A stretch of 64,000 bases of DNA. Source: a virus. The first letter of the stretch is position 1. Every line of letters starts with the position of its first letter. Under the pieces are notes generated by a model. The model was not told the origin of the DNA and did no database searches. It saw only the letters and a list, made by a program, of their open reading frames with translations. This document shows, piece by piece, positions 1 through 9,372 of this stretch. Made by a program: the position numbers and the translations under genes. Location: positions 11,101 to 75,100 of the IMG/VR virus record IMGVR_UViG_3300015371_000017; one strand, given 5' to 3'.

Positions 1-1919
1 TGGTTTCCGCTGACTGGGTGTTCAAATACTGAACCTTCAAAATACTGGTTTACTATCGTGAGTAAGGTTGTATTTGAAGTAAGAACGTCCGCCGTGCTTC
101 CCGATGCGGCGATCACCAGAACATACTGTAAGCGTCCCCTTATTAGCCCATTACTAAGTTCGCTTATTTCGGGTGATGAATACGCATACCACGCAGACGG
201 CCCGCTTGTTCCGTTCACATATCGCTCAATGTACAGATTGAGATCAATTACTGTAGGCTGCGTGACTTCTAAAATTTTGGGGCATAGTTCAATGATGAAG
301 TCGCCAGATAGAGGTCTAAAGCCCCGCTGCCCAAATAAAGCTGTACCACATTTGGAAATTGAAACTCGGCCATTAGTACGCGTATGCTCGGAGATCGATG
401 CTCCATAGTAGTACCCATAAATAGAAACATTCTCTAATAAGCTTTCACTGAAGTTGGAAACAGACGGCATGTAAACGCCTACCGCCTCGCTGTGGGTTGG
501 TTGGCTAGCAGAAGGAAATGCTATTCCCGTATCAACCATTACGTTTTTCAGGGTCGCATCAATAGCGTTGTGAAACTGAACTCCTCCCAGAGTTGGGTTG
601 TCTGCTGTGCGCCAGCAGATGTTCTCCACCACAGGCACTACAGCATTAAAGGTCGTGGGATCGTTGAAGGTATCGCCTAAGGCGTGAGCCGCAATGATAG
701 CGGGAGCGGTTCCTGAGCCAGTTGACGATCCGGCTTTGATGATGACTCCGGTAGAGGGAAGCGCACTGCCTGTGCGGGCGACTACTTGCCCTAAGAAGTG
801 CATAGTGATAAGCGGGTTCCCATAAGCATTATTGGGAATGGTTAGGAGTGAGTTGTACGTTCCATCTAAAGTGCCATCTACGATGTAGATTCCCACCGGG
901 AAATAGACTATCCCTCCCCCGGCGCTAAACACCGCCGCGATAGTCGCTTGAATGGCTGACTTGGAATTGGTCGAGTTGTCCCCGACTGCGCCCCACCAAC
1001 AAACCGAATAAGGCTGACCTGCTCTGTTTCCCGAAAGGCTAATCGTACCTTGACCGGCGGCTGAGTTATAAAAGATTTTCTGATTCAGAGGGGCGCGAAT
1101 GAATCCCGCAATCGTGATCGTGTTTCCTGTGGTGACGCTTAGACTCCCTCCTTGAAACTCTAAGGTCAACGTACTAGGGACACTAACCGTGGTGGCGGTC
1201 ATTTGCTCCGTGACAACTAAAACAGCCGTAGTGCTCCCAATCGCCGTGATTGCCGCGTTGAAATTAGCGAACTTACTTGCGTAGTAAACGGGCGGCGCAA
1301 CTCGCGCATCGTCATTTGAAACAACCTGAGAATCATTAGTGGTAGTTGTAACAATCCCCGCATTCGTTATAGATGCCAGGTCGTTTTTGCCCACAGCAAT
1401 GGGGAAGCCCGGATCGGCAGCATCTACGCTGATGGCCGTCATGCCAATTTGCGTGACCGAGGCTGTCCGTAGATTCCCTATTGCCTGATCGATCCACGCC
1501 CTTACTTGTACGTCAGTAGGTGAAGTAGCAAACAACTGCATGGGAAACTGCGTAAATAATGTCAGCAGTTCCCAAGTCGTAGTAGATGGAGTTGCAGGGA
1601 CTCCGAAGTTCTGAAGCAACGTCGCTACACTCCGTCCTTGTGCCCAGATTGTCGCGGCGTATAAGGCTACGGGAAGTGAAGAATCCGACGTTGAATCAAT
1701 CACAATGGACGGGATATTCAACACCGTGCCACTGTTGGTGAGAGTTAAGGGGACTTCGACATAAAACGCTCCTGCGCCATTACCAAAAATAGGTAGGACT
1801 AATTCACCTGTAGAAGCATAGAACGGACTGAGGGAAGCAATTTGCAGGGTGGGATCGTCGCCATCTTCGACGTGCCATGATGGAGTGGTGATTAACGGCT
1901 GTATGGTGATTTTAGCCAT
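1..1919 (-). CDS. Tailspike / depolymerase with pectate-lyase-3-like beta-helix (partial, runs off left edge)
   Basis: Not in the ORF track. ATG at 1919 (MAKITIQPLITTPSWH...), frame reads open to the window edge. Contains WWGAVGDNSTNSKSAIQATIAAVFSAGGGIVYFPVGIYIV, the typical start of tailspike beta-helix domains. Confidence 0.8.
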   Translation of the reverse strand, partial: MAKITIQPLITTPSWHVEDGDDPTLQIASLSPFYASTGELVLPIFGNGAGAFYVEVPLTLTNSGTVLNIPSIVIDSTSDSSLPVALYAATIWAQGRSVATLLQNFGVPATPSTTTWELLTLFTQFPMQLFATSPTDVQVRAWIDQAIGNLRTASVTQIGMTAISVDAADPGFPIAVGKNDLASITNAGIVTTTTNDSQVVSNDDARVAPPVYYASKFANFNAAITAIGSTTAVLVVTEQMTATTVSVPSTLTLEFQGGSLSVTTGNTITIAGFIRAPLNQKIFYNSAAGQGTISLSGNRAGQPYSVCWWGAVGDNSTNSKSAIQATIAAVFSAGGGIVYFPVGIYIVDGTLDGTYNSLLTIPNNAYGNPLITMHFLGQVVARTGSALPSTGVIIKAGSSTGSGTAPAIIAAHALGDTFNDPTTFNAVVPVVENICWRTADNPTLGGVQFHNAIDATLKNVMVDTGIAFPSASQPTHSEAVGVYMPSVSNFSESLLENVSIYGYYYGASISEHTRTNGRVSISKCGTALFGQRGFRPLSGDFIIELCPKILEVTQPTVIDLNLYIERYVNGTSGPSAWYAYSSPEISELSNGLIRGRLQYVLVIAASGSTADVLTSNTTLLTIVNQYFEGSVFEHPVSGN

Positions 1920-1924
1920 TGTTT

Positions 1925-1966
1925 ATAAAACTGCGCGACCCGCATACTGAGACACGGATCGCGCAG
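1925..1966 (-). terminator. Hairpin followed by a short U-tract upstream of the tailspike gene
   Basis: Minus strand CTGCGCGATCCG...CGGGTCGCGCAG followed by TTTTAT. Confidence 0.45.
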
Positions 1967-2000
1967 CAAAAGGAGAAACGTGTGTTGCGCGCCGCTCTCC

Positions 2001-2315
2001 CTAAGAAGTCCTTCCGGTCAGATACCATGTATTGAGGCCATCGCTCTCGCAGTAACCAATAGCACCATCGGTAATAGCAATGGTTGTATCGTCATTTCCG
2101 AAAGTGTCAGGACTCGTCACCGCCACTGTAGTTGCTGCGCCCGCTCCTACCACGCGGATGATGTTATTCCCCTGTTCCAACGTACAAGTGCGAGCTAATG
2201 GCAGAGTGATCGTCTTGCTGCCCGCGGTAACTTTCACAACGTCTGTTCCTGCGGTGACAGTCAGATTATCAGCCGTGGAAACAATTACTTGAAACGGACT
2301 TCCGAGTAATGACAT
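2001..2315 (-). CDS. Small virion beta-domain protein, paralogue without collagen tail
   Basis: Shares the T..D.V....TLP.A..C...SDG..W pattern with the next two ORFs. AGGAG RBS. Confidence 0.6.
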   Translation of the reverse strand: MSLLGSPFQVIVSTADNLTVTAGTDVVKVTAGSKTITLPLARTCTLEQGNNIIRVVGAGAATTVAVTSPDTFGNDDTTIAITDGAIGYCESDGLNTWYLTGRTS

Positions 2316-2364
2316 GACAGTTCTCCTTGATTAGCGGGGCAGCCTATATCACCCCGCCTTTGAA

Positions 2365-2916
2365 TTACGCGCCAGAGACGCCTGAGAATCCAGACTTGCC
2401 TGATGCCCCAGAGAATCCAGAGATACCCACAGCGCCAGAGACTCCTGAAGTCCCGCTAGCACCGCTGGCTCCACTAGCTCCGGTGAACCCGCTGGTTCCT
2501 ATGGCTCCCGAAACACCTGTGAATCCAGAGACTCCCGTGAATCCTGAAACACCTGTAAAGCCCGATTTACCCGACGCCCCGGTGAAGCCGGAAGTTCCAG
2601 CAACCCCGCCACCGCCCGTACCTGACCATGTAGCAGTTCCATTGCTGGTGACGGTCACAACCTGTCCCGGCTCGACAACTCCAACTCCAACAAGGTTGTT
2701 ACCAGAAGGAACGACAATGGTGACGTTTCCTACGGATGACGCATCGGAACGGATTTCTTTCTCACTCCGCTGATTCATCAAATTACACAATCCCGCAGCC
2801 GGAAGCGTGGCGTTACGTCCAGTGGTGATTAGGAATGTAATCACATCATCAGCAGGGAGAACTGTATAAGCTGCGTCTCCCGCTGCAATTTCCCGCGTGT
2901 ATGGTGAATTCAACAT
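2365..2916 (-). CDS. Fibre/decoration protein with C-terminal Gly-X-Ser/Thr collagen-like repeat
   Basis: Paralogous N-domain followed by GTSGFTGASGKSG... triplets. Confidence 0.7.
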   Translation of the reverse strand: MLNSPYTREIAAGDAAYTVLPADDVITFLITTGRNATLPAAGLCNLMNQRSEKEIRSDASSVGNVTIVVPSGNNLVGVGVVEPGQVVTVTSNGTATWSGTGGGGVAGTSGFTGASGKSGFTGVSGFTGVSGFTGVSGAIGTSGFTGASGASGASGTSGVSGAVGISGFSGASGKSGFSGVSGA

Positions 2917-2930
2917 CGCTAATCTCCTTG

Positions 2931-3506
2931 TTACGGTCTGGCTCCAGAGAAGCCACTAAATCCGCTTTGACCAGAAACTCCAGAGGTTCCCGAAGCGCCT
3001 ACCGCACCACTCGTCCCAGAGGTTCCAGCAAAGCCGCTCGTTCCGGCAAAGCCACTGATACCACTGACTCCGGTAGTACCTGAAAATCCCGATGTCCCTA
3101 CGAAACCCGACTTACCTGACGATCCAGTAAACCCTGACGCCCCAGAACCGCCGCTGTACCCAGAGATACCCGAAGTTCCCACACCACCATTGATCGTCCA
3201 GATATTCACTCCATCACCTGAGCACGTTGCTACTTCACCTGCCGCTAAGGTCTGTGCAGCGCTAGAAGCAGTCGCACCAAGTAACGTATCTCCCGACTGC
3301 ACAGCAATAGTGAGAGTATTCGAGGACGTAGAATCATTCGAGATGACTTTTTTATTCAGACCTGAAATAACTGAGCATTGAGAAGCGTGAGGAAGCGTGG
3401 CTGTCTTACCTGTGGCGATAACGAAATTAACCACCTTGTCGGCAGGGTCTAACGTATAATTGTTGGTCTTCGCTTCAAATACAGAATATTGATCGATTGG
3501 TGGCAT
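2931..3506 (-). CDS. Fibre/decoration protein with C-terminal Gly-X-Ser collagen-like repeat
   Basis: Paralogous N-domain followed by GTSGISGYSG... triplets. Confidence 0.7.
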   Translation of the reverse strand: MPPIDQYSVFEAKTNNYTLDPADKVVNFVIATGKTATLPHASQCSVISGLNKKVISNDSTSSNTLTIAVQSGDTLLGATASSAAQTLAAGEVATCSGDGVNIWTINGGVGTSGISGYSGGSGASGFTGSSGKSGFVGTSGFSGTTGVSGISGFAGTSGFAGTSGTSGAVGASGTSGVSGQSGFSGFSGARP

Positions 3507-3518
3507 TGTGAATTCTCC

Positions 3519-3998
3519 CTAGAGCGAAATCGGAGCCAATGAAGCCCCGATGCCTGCGATATTTGAAGCAGTTGACCACGGGGACTCGCTTTGAACAGTT
3601 GTCCCGCTAGTTGTCCCTGATTGAGTACCTGACGAAGTACCTACACTTCCTCGCGTGAGCCCAGCAAGAGCAAGATTCTTAGCTTGATTGATGCGATTTA
3701 CGTCATACTGTCCGGCCCGCGTTTCTGCTCCCGCCTCTTGCATTAATCCGCGCTGCCCAGAACGCCTAATGGCATCCCGAATCGCTGGCGAGACATAGCC
3801 TCCAGTGGGATTAACGAGCGATTCGTTTAGCTGGCGCTCTTTCTCTCCCAGCCTATAACCTATTGATGGGTCGATTTGTGCGCGGTCTGCGCGAGCGGCA
3901 ATGATGTCTGGAGTGTCAGGGACAGATGTGGTATTAGTCCCACTGTAGTTAGTGGTTGATGTTCCGGTACTCTTTTGTTTTTTGTCGCTGAGGCCCAA
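3519..3998 (-). CDS. Putative small ejection/pilot (internal virion) protein
   Basis: Ser/Thr/Gly/Gln-rich with a hydrophobic Gly/Ala C-terminus, next to a GNAT gene as in podovirus ejection modules. Positional inference. Confidence 0.4.
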   Translation of the reverse strand: MGLSDKKQKSTGTSTTNYSGTNTTSVPDTPDIIAARADRAQIDPSIGYRLGEKERQLNESLVNPTGGYVSPAIRDAIRRSGQRGLMQEAGAETRAGQYDVNRINQAKNLALAGLTRGSVGTSSGTQSGTTSGTTVQSESPWSTASNIAGIGASLAPISL

Positions 3999-4006
3999 TT
4001 AAGGGT

Positions 4007-4498
4007 TCACCCACGGTAGCCATATTTGACGAATTCCTTCATCACGGCGGGAAGTGTACCCGAATGCGCCGCGTCTTGTCCAGCACTTTGTATCGCTAAG
4101 ACACGCCGTTCGCCCTCAGCGAATCCTAATGACTCTAAGTATCGTTTTAGGGCTAGATTCCGCTTTGTGACCCATGCATTCAGTTCGACTGCTCCATTTT
4201 CCATGAACGCATCTCGAATCTTCAGCCCTGCCTCGACCAAGGTTTCCCTTGAAGTTCCTCGCTTGGAAGTGAAATGCGCCGAAAACTCACCGGGCGAATC
4301 CTCATAGAGAAGGAACATGGCGAAGTATTCACCGTTAAATACTCCAATGGTTATCTGATGGGGATCGTCACTGAGTAAGTCTTCCAAGGTAGATTCGTTT
4401 GCTCCGACATGGCGTTTACGCCGTCGCCACTTATGGGCTTCGCGGAATAGTTCGGTATCTTTGGCGGGATCGAGAATTCTTAATTCTATGCTTGACAT
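4007..4498 (-). CDS. GNAT-fold acetyltransferase-like morphogenesis protein
   Basis: LNAWVTKRNLALKRYLESLGF GNAT C-terminal motif. Likely start is ATG 4498 (MSSIELRI). Confidence 0.6.
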   Translation of the reverse strand: MSSIELRILDPAKDTELFREAHKWRRRKRHVGANESTLEDLLSDDPHQITIGVFNGEYFAMFLLYEDSPGEFSAHFTSKRGTSRETLVEAGLKIRDAFMENGAVELNAWVTKRNLALKRYLESLGFAEGERRVLAIQSAGQDAAHSGTLPAVMKEFVKYGYRG

Positions 4499-4527
4499 TA
4501 GCGAAGCGGTTCGGTATTGTTCTTCAC

Positions 4528-4725
4528 ATGGAAACCAAATCATCAATGATAACAACGAGAGTTCAGCATCTTCTTAGTTCCTATAAGCTTTACGAAGAAG
4601 CGTGGAATCAACGTCCTAGACGTTCGGGATTTATCGACCAGCAACTTGAGGTAATCGAGAAGCATGAATTTATTCGCACTATGGCAATTTTAGACGCTAC
4701 GCAACCACATAGTGATGAAAAGTAA
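4528..4725 (+). CDS. Moron gene 1, hypothetical (probably leaderless)
   Basis: TTGACA(4492)-N17-TATTGT(4515), with ATG 7 nt downstream. Opposite strand to the surrounding operon. Confidence 0.5.
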   Translation: METKSSMITTRVQHLLSSYKLYEEAWNQRPRRSGFIDQQLEVIEKHEFIRTMAILDATQPHSDEK

Positions 4726-4837
4726 AGTCTCGCAAGCTGCCGCCATTTTAGGCCGCAAGGGTGGCAAGGTAAAGAGCGAAAAGAAGAAGGAAGCCGCACG
4801 GCGAAACGCTAAACTTCCAAGAAAGAGGAGGCAATGA
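4715..4837 (+). CDS. Moron gene 2, 40-aa basic LGRKGG-motif protein (putative DNA-binding regulator)
   Basis: MKSKVSQAAAILGRKGGKVKSEKKKEAARRNAKLPRKRRQ, similar to 55074..55256. Confidence 0.6.
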   Translation: MKSKVSQAAAILGRKGGKVKSEKKKEAARRNAKLPRKRRQ

Positions 4838-4881
4838 TTTCAACTACAACTATCATCGTAACGGTTGTGATTATGCAAATC

Positions 4882-5469
4882 TTATTTGCCCTTGATGTTG
4901 CCTGCTACTTCAAAGCTACTTATCCTGCTCGGCAACGATTTATGTACGTGCCTATCGTTGGTGGTTTTATTGCTTTGCTGGCTTGCGGCAAGCAGTCTCA
5001 GCGGCGCGGTTAGAATTCTTTCCACTGCCCACACTGCTTGTCTAGCGGGGACAAATACAGACGGATCGTGAGGTTCGTTGTGCCAGTCACAATACTGAAA
5101 TTGTCGGAAGTTCTTCTCGCTGACAAAGAGATTTTCGTTTTCAGGATAACCGAAAATGTAAGGCGAACTCTTGCCCCATAACACTACGCCGTTTTTCAGT
5201 TTGTAATACGCGCATAGATGCGGCAGGAAACTATCTACGCTCACCCAGACATCACACTCGCCCACCAAGTCTCGAATCCGTGTTAAAGGTAGACCAATAC
5301 GGAATTCGTCTACTCCTTCAATTCGCTGCTCGCCTTGAATGCCAATCTGGATAATATGATGCTCGTTGGCTTTCAGCATGGTAACAAGTTCGGGCCAGTG
5401 CGGATATTCCTTGGCGGACTTCGCGCCGCTTGGAAGTTTAGCAGGGTATGGCGCGATTAAAATCTTCAC
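4882..5469 (-). CDS. Glycosyltransferase, GT9/heptosyltransferase-like C-terminal (GT-B) half
   Basis: AKEYPHWPELV...IIQIG...VSVDSFLPHLCA...GVVLWG...IFGYP. GTG 5469 overlaps the upstream TGA and has a GGAGG RBS. Confidence 0.75.
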   Translation of the reverse strand: MKILIAPYPAKLPSGAKSAKEYPHWPELVTMLKANEHHIIQIGIQGEQRIEGVDEFRIGLPLTRIRDLVGECDVWVSVDSFLPHLCAYYKLKNGVVLWGKSSPYIFGYPENENLFVSEKNFRQFQYCDWHNEPHDPSVFVPARQAVWAVERILTAPLRLLAASQQSNKTTNDRHVHKSLPSRISSFEVAGNIKGK

Positions 5470-6440
5470 GCCGCATACCTCCACACATAACCCTTAGATG
5501 TTTCCCAAGTACCACGACAGCATTGGTTGATATTCCGCGCTCCCGTTGTTCTAGCGGCGATCTGGATAGAAGGGTAAAACGCTACGATTCCGTTCTTCGG
5601 ATCGATTTGAACAACAGCCCTACGGCGGGAAGGGTAAACCAATCCTTTATGTGCGGTGCTTATATTGGCCCGTGCTTGAGCATCCATGCACCGACCTTTA
5701 TTCCACGCTCCCATCAACCCCTTAGTGCCCTTATTCCACGGTACGCGGCCTTTAAGCGAGTTATTCAGTTTTCGTCTAGCCTCTTCGCTCATTGGGACGC
5801 CTTTATTCCAGCTAGGAATACCTACCTTTTTACCTTTATTGGACGCGCTAATTTTTTGTCGCGTTTCAGCCGTAACTATTCGGCCCTTGTTCGCTTCACT
5901 GATTTTCTTTTTATGTTCATCTGTTAGAGGCCCGAAAGTTTGAGCCGCTTTCCATTTAGCAATATGCTCTGGCGATAATTTTCTGCCAGTTAGTGCCTTA
6001 CTTACCTTTGCGTATGTTTCGGGTGTTCGGATGCGAATTCGTTGGGCTGCGCTAATTTTGGCTCTAACTTCTGGAGGGTGCTTGTGACCCATGTGGGCTT
6101 TGCTGAGTTTAGCTCGCATCTCAGCAGTTTGGAATGTTTTATGCGCCGTGGGCCAGATATTATAACCATGCGCTCTTTTGGCAGCCTTGTGTTTATCAAG
6201 GTACTCTTGCTCTATATTTAATAGGGCGCTTTCTTCACATTGTGCCAAGATAACAAATTCAAACGCAGCTTCGCCGTGGCGATTAAAAGCATTTTGAAAA
6301 TAGTCGTTATCGTGAACGCCGCGTCTCAAAAGGCTAAGGTGGGTTCTCTTGCGGCTTTCAATCCAATTACTACTGCCAATATAAACTTTTCCGTCTATCG
6401 TATTTCTAAACCAATAGACTCCGCATGTACGTGTCTTCAT
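5466..6440 (-). CDS. Free-standing GIY-YIG homing endonuclease with NUMOD3 repeats and NUMOD1-like C-terminus
   Basis: GVY...KVYIGSS, conserved R/E/N residues, repeated H..E.RAK.S.A and PWNKG motifs. Confidence 0.9.
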   Translation of the reverse strand: MKTRTCGVYWFRNTIDGKVYIGSSNWIESRKRTHLSLLRRGVHDNDYFQNAFNRHGEAAFEFVILAQCEESALLNIEQEYLDKHKAAKRAHGYNIWPTAHKTFQTAEMRAKLSKAHMGHKHPPEVRAKISAAQRIRIRTPETYAKVSKALTGRKLSPEHIAKWKAAQTFGPLTDEHKKKISEANKGRIVTAETRQKISASNKGKKVGIPSWNKGVPMSEEARRKLNNSLKGRVPWNKGTKGLMGAWNKGRCMDAQARANISTAHKGLVYPSRRRAVVQIDPKNGIVAFYPSIQIAARTTGARNINQCCRGTWETSKGYVWRYAA

Positions 6441-6443
6441 CGC

Positions 6444-8084
6444 TCAGTCCAGTTCATATAAAGCCTCAAACGCTTCGACTATTGGACGCTCCCAATTCTT
6501 CTCCCATGCGTACTTATAGGGATCAAGATGCTCGATATTTCCTAGCCTCATTTTAGCATCCGCGATGCTGATTATCTCAACATTTTCACCTTCAAATACT
6601 TCGGGATAACAAACTGCTAACAAGGGCGTCCCGTACTTCTTAATGAAGCGCGGGAGCAGTCCTCGGAAGATGTAGTGATCGCCAATTCCGCTGTCCAAAA
6701 CCGCGATTTTCCGTTGGGTGAACTTCTCGCCCGTCGTTGCGCCTAGCCACTCAACAAAAAGTTTATTATCACGATCCCACAAGCTGCCGTCACTAAAAGA
6801 GCGTACTCCGCCTTCGGGTTGTTGGAGATGCCACGCTTTTGCAAACGGAGTTACCGCAAGCCGAAATCCTGCGGCTCTAATCTTCATCGAAAACCAACTG
6901 TCTTCGCGGAAGCTGACGGGAGACAGTTTAGGATAACCCCCTGCTTGCCGCCCGGCCTTAGTTCTATACATAAATGCCGAATATAAATGCTGGGTTTCGC
7001 GCACCGCTCCGTTGAATGAATACCATTGAATGTTCACCCCGTTGAATATGTCTTCCACGTTGCCCTTTATGTGATCAGGAAGGGGCTGAACATGGCCGGG
7101 GGAATGAATTAGCGGAGCGATAGCGCCTAGTGTTTCGTCTGCCTCCAATTCCTTCAAAAGCTCTTCTATGACATTCGGCTCTAAAACTATGTCGTCATCC
7201 ATGCGCATCAGATAGTCTGTCGAGGCCGTGCTAAGGGCATGTTGTCGGTTAGTAGCGAGTCCGAGGCGCGGAGTAGTGAACGTCTCAATCTCAATTCCCA
7301 CCTGTTCGAGAAGTTGAAAGAGTTCTCGATAAGGTGATATGTCTCTTAGCTCTTTTTGCTCCCCATCGTCATACAGGACAAATCGCTCAGGTTTGCGAGT
7401 TTGGGTTGCGATTGACGCGATGGTTGCAGGAAGCGTGGTGAAGTATCTTCCGATTGTCGAAATCTCAACTGTGACGGTAGGCGCTGTTTTGGCCGCTAGT
7501 TTGAAGTGACTGCGCTCCATATACCGCTCACGTTCCGGGGTTGAATCACCGACTTGTTTAATTCCCGCAAAGTACAAATCTTCCATATCCCCACGGTATC
7601 CGAGATAAGATTTAGAAAAGAGATCGGGAGATAAGACTGAAGCGAAGTCTTCTACTGAAATGTTTCGATAGTGGTCAGTAGTAAACGGACTGGCGAAAGC
7701 GTCGTGGTCTGTTGTTCCATGCTCCCAGCGATTCGGAGCGGCGCAAGTAACCAAAAACAACCCTCCGTCTCTGAGGTTCCGGTACATCTGGCGTAACGAT
7801 AATTCCCAGTGTTGGTCGTGCTCCAACATCTCCGTGCAAATAATGACGTTGTACCAGCCCGGACATTCCCATTCGTGCGCTTTAGAAACACAATCAACTC
7901 CCACACCTTCGCCTAAATCAATTCCTATGTAATCACAGTCAGTAAAGAACTCCCGCGCCCCGCCGTCTATTTCCAGCGAGCCAACATCCAAGACTTTCTT
8001 TCCCGAAAAGAATTCAGGGTATTCAGCCTTGACTTGCTTGATGAACCATTTCGCTTCTCGATGCAAAGAATCCTCCAAATCCAA
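6444..8084 (-). CDS. SAM methyltransferase + GT2 glycosyltransferase + GT9-like N-terminal half fusion
   Basis: VLDVGS...YIGIDLGEG...EMLEHD (methyltransferase), YDDG and RMDDD, REDSWF (GT2), DSGIGDH (GT9 N-lobe-like). Confidence 0.8.
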   Translation of the reverse strand: MDLEDSLHREAKWFIKQVKAEYPEFFSGKKVLDVGSLEIDGGAREFFTDCDYIGIDLGEGVGVDCVSKAHEWECPGWYNVIICTEMLEHDQHWELSLRQMYRNLRDGGLFLVTCAAPNRWEHGTTDHDAFASPFTTDHYRNISVEDFASVLSPDLFSKSYLGYRGDMEDLYFAGIKQVGDSTPERERYMERSHFKLAAKTAPTVTVEISTIGRYFTTLPATIASIATQTRKPERFVLYDDGEQKELRDISPYRELFQLLEQVGIEIETFTTPRLGLATNRQHALSTASTDYLMRMDDDIVLEPNVIEELLKELEADETLGAIAPLIHSPGHVQPLPDHIKGNVEDIFNGVNIQWYSFNGAVRETQHLYSAFMYRTKAGRQAGGYPKLSPVSFREDSWFSMKIRAAGFRLAVTPFAKAWHLQQPEGGVRSFSDGSLWDRDNKLFVEWLGATTGEKFTQRKIAVLDSGIGDHYIFRGLLPRFIKKYGTPLLAVCYPEVFEGENVEIISIADAKMRLGNIEHLDPYKYAWEKNWERPIVEAFEALYELD

Positions 8085-9372
8085 GCATTGATTCTGAAAC
8101 TAAAGGTGTCTCTAATGCGCGCCAGATGCCCGTATTAGGCACTTGTTCCGCGATTACCAACGAGTCAACCGCTTGAATTACACCAGGCCAATCAGAAGTG
8201 TAATCATGGCCGCAAAGTAACCCATCAGCAGTTAGACATGGACGCCAATTCATAATGTCCGCCGTGACTGAATCTACGTCATGTGCTCCGTCCACGAAGA
8301 TCATATTTACTGAGATTCTCAGTTGCCGCATCAACTTGGACGCAGCTAGGCTGTTCATGCGAAGGGGAATGACTCGCCCTGCGTCAATATGATCCCAAAG
8401 GTTTTTGCAAAACTGAAGGTATGCGCCGTCACCGTCATATTCCCTTGAAGCACTGAATGCCGGATCGTCACTCATCGCCCACGAATCAACTGCGTATAAT
8501 CGTCCGCCTTCTGGTAGGTTGTCAGCTAACGCTCGCGTACTGCGACCCATCCAGCTTCCAATTTCTACAATGACGGGATGCGTCTTTGCGGACTCCGCTA
8601 GCCATTGCAGTTCACTCTCCGACATCCAACCTTCGATTTGTTTGGCTCGTTCAATATCCACTGAACCATATCGCTGTCTCAGTAACTTCCGGTTTCTTTC
8701 AACCACTTCTACGTGATTTGGCAACTGTCCGAGCGTGGATTCTCCCTCATGTGAAATAGGAAATGACCCAACCCATCTTGATCGCTTCCACTCCGGTAAA
8801 TGCTCACTATTTGGTACGTGTTCTAATCGGCACTCTTCACCTACGGGAACTTGTACCCATTTCCATCCTGCTTGTTCTGCACGAACACAGAGATCGATGT
8901 CCTCGCCATAAAAGGGACTAAATTGCTCATCCAACCAACCGATCTCATTCAACATCTCTCTTCTTAACATCGCACAGAAGAAGATAATAAATTCATGTTG
9001 TGCGTCTTCACTCCAGAGTTTGTGTGAACCTGTTATTCCTACCTTTGGATCGGAGAACGGATCGGAGAGTAAATTAAGCCAGTGATTCTTTTCTTGAGTG
9101 AGAAGTTCGCAGTCGTCATTTAAGAGTACGACGTATTCCCCTTGCGACTCTTTTATCCCCGTGTTTACGGCGCGACTAAAGCCTTGTGGCTCATCAAACC
9201 AAAGTAATGTGAGAGGTATGCCCATTGACATAATCTCTCGCGTCTCAGGCGGAGCGCCATTTGCACATACGACAATCTCGCAATCATTCAAGTCCGTATA
9301 TTGAACAATAGATTTTAAGAGGGTTTTTAAGCCTCCTGTATTGAGGTACGTTGGGATGATAATACTTTTCAT
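8023..9372 (-). CDS. GT2 glycosyltransferase + class I SAM methyltransferase fusion
   Basis: SIIIPTY, GFSRAVNTG, LLNDD, YGEDIDLC (GT2), VEIGSWMGRST, FVDGAHD, CGHDY (Methyltransf_24-like). Confidence 0.85.
   Translation of the reverse strand: MKSIIIPTYLNTGGLKTLLKSIVQYTDLNDCEIVVCANGAPPETREIMSMGIPLTLLWFDEPQGFSRAVNTGIKESQGEYVVLLNDDCELLTQEKNHWLNLLSDPFSDPKVGITGSHKLWSEDAQHEFIIFFCAMLRREMLNEIGWLDEQFSPFYGEDIDLCVRAEQAGWKWVQVPVGEECRLEHVPNSEHLPEWKRSRWVGSFPISHEGESTLGQLPNHVEVVERNRKLLRQRYGSVDIERAKQIEGWMSESELQWLAESAKTHPVIVEIGSWMGRSTRALADNLPEGGRLYAVDSWAMSDDPAFSASREYDGDGAYLQFCKNLWDHIDAGRVIPLRMNSLAASKLMRQLRISVNMIFVDGAHDVDSVTADIMNWRPCLTADGLLCGHDYTSDWPGVIQAVDSLVIAEQVPNTGIWRALETPLVSESMLGFGGFFASRSEMVHQASQG

Noticed and set aside
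5466-6443. Group I intron around the GIY-YIG gene
   Set aside because: The ORF abuts both neighbours (3-nt gap and GTGA overlap), leaving no room for an intron core.
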